In this document: positions 60,930 through 64,000 of the stretch, one piece after another | How the letters are laid out: every line of letters begins with the position of its first letter | Numbering within the stretch: the stretch's first letter is position 1 | NCBI RefSeq assembly: GCF_030144855.1 | Contig: NW_026779371.1 | Span: forward strand, 1-64,000 | DNA length: 64,000 nucleotides | Source of the DNA: Hypanus sabinus | Taxonomy: Eukaryota | Reading direction: 5' to 3' | The notes under the pieces: model-generated | What the model was told of the DNA's origin: nothing | The model's input: the letters and a program-made list of their open reading frames with translations, nothing else | Databases searched by the model: none | Made by a program: the position numbers and the translations under genes

Positions 60930-62700
60930 CAGGATGGGAGCAGTTGGAATAGATTGTGTTTGGGATGGCCGTCCTTGTTAATGTCCTCAATCATGGGAAG
61001 TTCACAACTGCAGACGCGCTGAGCTGTCCACACCACACTATGCAGAGTCCGACGATTAAGCGAGTTACAGTTCCCATACCAGGCAGTGGTGCAGCCAGTC
61101 AGCATGCTGTTAATTGTGCCCCTGTAGAAAGTTGTTTGGATTTGGGGGCCCATACAAAACTTCCTCATCCGACTAAGAATCAGAGAGGTCTTGGGGCCCG
61201 AGTCCATAGGTCGCTCAAAGCAGCTGTGCAGGTTGACCCTGTGGTTAAGAAGGCGTGCGGTGCATTGGCCTTCACCAATCGTGGGATTGAGTTTAACAGC
61301 CGAGAGGTAATGTTGCAGCAATATAGGAATCTGGTCAGAACCCACGTGCTCAGCTCTGGTCGCGTCACGACAGGAAGGACGTGGAAATCATAGGAAGGTT
61401 GCAGAACGGATTAACAAGGATGTAACCTGGATTGGAGAGTATGCCTTATGAGAATAATTTGAGTGAACTCTGCCTTTTCTCCTTGGAGCGACGTATTTGG
61501 GAGGTGACCTGAGCGAGGAGTATAACATGATGAGAGGCATTGATTGTGTGGATAGTCGGAGGTTTTCTTTCCCCAGAGCTAAATCGGGTAATACAATGAA
61601 GGCACAGTTTAAATTGTTTGTAAGTAGGTACAGAGGAGATGTTAAGAGATGTAGGTGGTACCAACATATACCGAGACTTCTGGCTCCTCACCCAGAGTGT
61701 CGTGAGCACGACCCGGGACTTCCCTGACCATGGATCCTGGGAATAACATACAGTCCGGATTTCTCTTCAGTTCCACGGAATCTCGTGTTTTAGTGAGGTG
61801 TTTTACTTTGGTAGGGCAAATGCAAACAGAATGTCGCCCTAACAAGTGTCTTTCAACAGGGAGATCCTGGGGTACAAGCTCATAGATCCTTGAAAATGGC
61901 TGTGCAGGTCTATATGTTGGTTAAGAAGCATTATGGTGTGCCTGCTTTTATTAGTCAAGGCACTGACTTCAAACGTCAAGATGTTATGTTGCAACGTTAT
62001 AGAAATCTCGTCAGTCTGCTTTTTGAGAATTACAGCGAGTTATGGTAGCCCCACTACAGGAAGAAATCTGAAGAGTGGAAAGGGTTCTGAGGAGATTCAC
62101 CAGGAAGCTCACAGCTTTAGAAAAAATGTGCGATCATGGGAAGCTGGGGAAACTTCGTTGTTTTCTCAGGCGCAGCGGAGGATGAGGAGAGATCTGAAAG
62201 ACCGTAACGCCATAAGATACAGGAGCACAAATAGCCCATTTGGCCCATCGAATCTGCTCCGTCATTCAAGTCTGGGCTCCTCCAATTCTTCCAGTCATCC
62301 TCGCTCCTCTGCCTTCTCCCATTACCATTTTATATCTACCTAATCAAGAAACTATATATCTCTACTTTAAATGCATTCAATGACTTGGCCTGCACAGCCG
62401 TTCGTGGCAAGAAATTCTGCAGATTTACCTCCTTGTGACTAAAGTAATTTCTCCTGCATCTCAGTTCTAAAAGCATGTCCTTCAAGCTTTCTTCTCCGAG
62501 AATCCCCTCCCTTGGAGAACACCTGTCATATCCACTCTGTTCAGGCCTTATCACATTCCTACTGGTTCTATAATATCCCCTCTCCTTCTCCTGAACTCCA
62601 GGGAACACAGCCCAAGACCTGACAGACGTTCATCTTACGGTAACCCTTTCTTTCCTGGAAGCAAGCTCGTGAATCTACTCTGACACCTCCCCAATGGAGG
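60930..62700. mobile_element. Nested degenerate LINE fragments: Rex1-like (minus) 60930-61170; CR1 (plus) 61190-62200; CR1 (minus) 62200-62700
   Basis: SMLTGCTTAWYGNC; VDPVVKKACGALAFTNRGIEF; further decayed CR1 3' sequence. Confidence 0.7.
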
Positions 62701-62879
62701 TTCATAAGATTATGAAAGGTGTAGACATGCAGAACTCTTTTCCCAGGATTTAAGTAGAACGTCAGGGTTATTTTTATTTTACTCAGATAATCAACAGATG
62801 TAATAATCAGAGAGGATTCATTAATTCTGTCTTGGTCATGTTCGCGTTTGGAAAATATTGGAAAGATGTCTCCCAATGT

Positions 62880-63480
62880 ATCTCGGTACTTTTTTTAAAG
62901 TGAATTTTAAGCACAATCCTTTGACTGCCTTATTTGGTATTTTTGAGGAGAGTTATAAGTTTGGAGCCTTCTCATTTGCGGTTACTGGCTTTTATTTCTA
63001 TTTGTCTTGGAGAGCGATGCTGCTTAAATGGAATGATGTCCCCCCACTACGCCACACACACATGCTTAATGGTTATACGATGTTATGTCATGTTTAAATC
63101 TCGAGAAATTTCGTTGTTCGATTTCTGATTCAAACATCTATGGGGACACATTCTGAACTATTTTAATAATCTTTGAATTATTATTGTTATAGATTTGGGC
63201 TATTATACCAAAGCACTACCTGGTACAGTGCTCATTTTTTCTCTTTTTTTCACCCAACTTTTTCTTGATAGTGGGTGTAGGTTTTCTAAATAATATAATT
63301 AACCATATAATTATTGTATTTCAGAAATCAATTTATTTTATTTGATTGATCATGATCAATGATTGCATCAGTGTGATTTATATATACTGCATTTTTTGCT
63401 AACTTATTTTGATGTATAAAAATATACTTATGAATTTTGTATTTGTGTATATGAAATTTAATAAAATATTTGAAAGAGAA
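62880..63480 (+). mobile_element. L1-clade LINE 3' end
   Basis: LTALFGIFEE, LLKWNDVPP and CLNLEK ORF2 C-terminal remnants, then an AT-rich tail with AATAAA. Confidence 0.6.
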
Positions 63481-64000
63481 TCAAGGATGGCAGGAATGCC
63501 CTATCTGGTCTGGTGGGAAAGGCTAATACATTAGAGCCTTTAAAAGGAAGTGTCGATAGACGTACAGATGTTATGAAGAAGGAGGGAAGTGGACATGCAA
63601 TATGTGAAAAGGATTCTTTTTTCGGTGTTTTTGATTTGCTTCTTAGCTAGTGAGTCTCCGGACTGTAGGCCGAACTGCCTGTTCCTGTGTTGTACGCTCC
63701 TGTATAAAGTTGTAAATTACGTTGAGCAAATCGGAAACCGTTAGGCTTTCCGGAAAAATAGAGATGCCACACACGCAGCTGTATTCTGTATTTTTCAGGG
63801 GTTCGCGGTCCCGAAACCGTTGCTCGGTGGCACCTGTACTTTGAAGTTTTTTTTTATCGAAAGGATAGACGCGTCGGAGCTTCTACAGCAATAAAAAATT
63901 CGGGCCGGTGCTGGCACTTATCGCAGAAATTTAGATCATTTACCAGAAAGATACGAGGGTGAGAGTGTTCGGACATTTCTCGGAGACATTTCCTGCTCTC

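Noticed and set aside
1-64000. D, J or C segments, NAR-TCR cassettes, Ig VH genes, trypsinogen genes
   Set aside because: I found no convincing 12-bp-spacer RSS next to a D- or J-like segment, no FGxG J motif with a donor and no C-domain exon. Each recognisable V RSS has a 23-bp spacer (V12 and V15 are degenerate), and the intact V genes have their own leaders.

Overview
Vertebrate genomic DNA with five N gaps. The repeat content (CR1, Rex1/Babar-like and L1 LINE fragments, a tRNA-derived V-SINE-like element, Tc1 remnants) suggests a cartilaginous fish, probably a ray or shark; this is inference. The window is a T-cell receptor variable-gene cluster, most likely TCR beta: the V domains align by eye with mammalian TRBV30 (xQTIxQ..ECTV..LYWYRQ..LFYS..CAWS) and several promoters carry the TRBV decamer. 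I find 15 clear V segments (leader exon, intron, V exon, 23-bp-spacer RSS), numbered V1-V15 from left to right, plus two probable decayed relics. Fourteen are on the minus strand and one intact gene (V11) is inverted. V2, V7, V8, V9 and V11 look intact. V3 is intact but has a 52-nt intron, V14 has an atypical LLLC motif and V6 has W41C. V1, V4, V5, V10, V12, V13 and V15 are pseudogenes. No D, J or C segments were seen. Main observations: CTCF-type motifs sit at a nearly fixed 38-40 bp beyond the RSS nonamer of five V genes and share orientation with seven intergenic motifs; V11 is inverted; V12 is a V-delta-2-like pseudogene whose apparent RSS spacer is 37 bp and contains a palindrome; an L1 insertion shows twin-priming geometry; and a 62-bp minisatellite has higher-order structure. 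All motif and family calls were made by eye or from recall, with no database searches.
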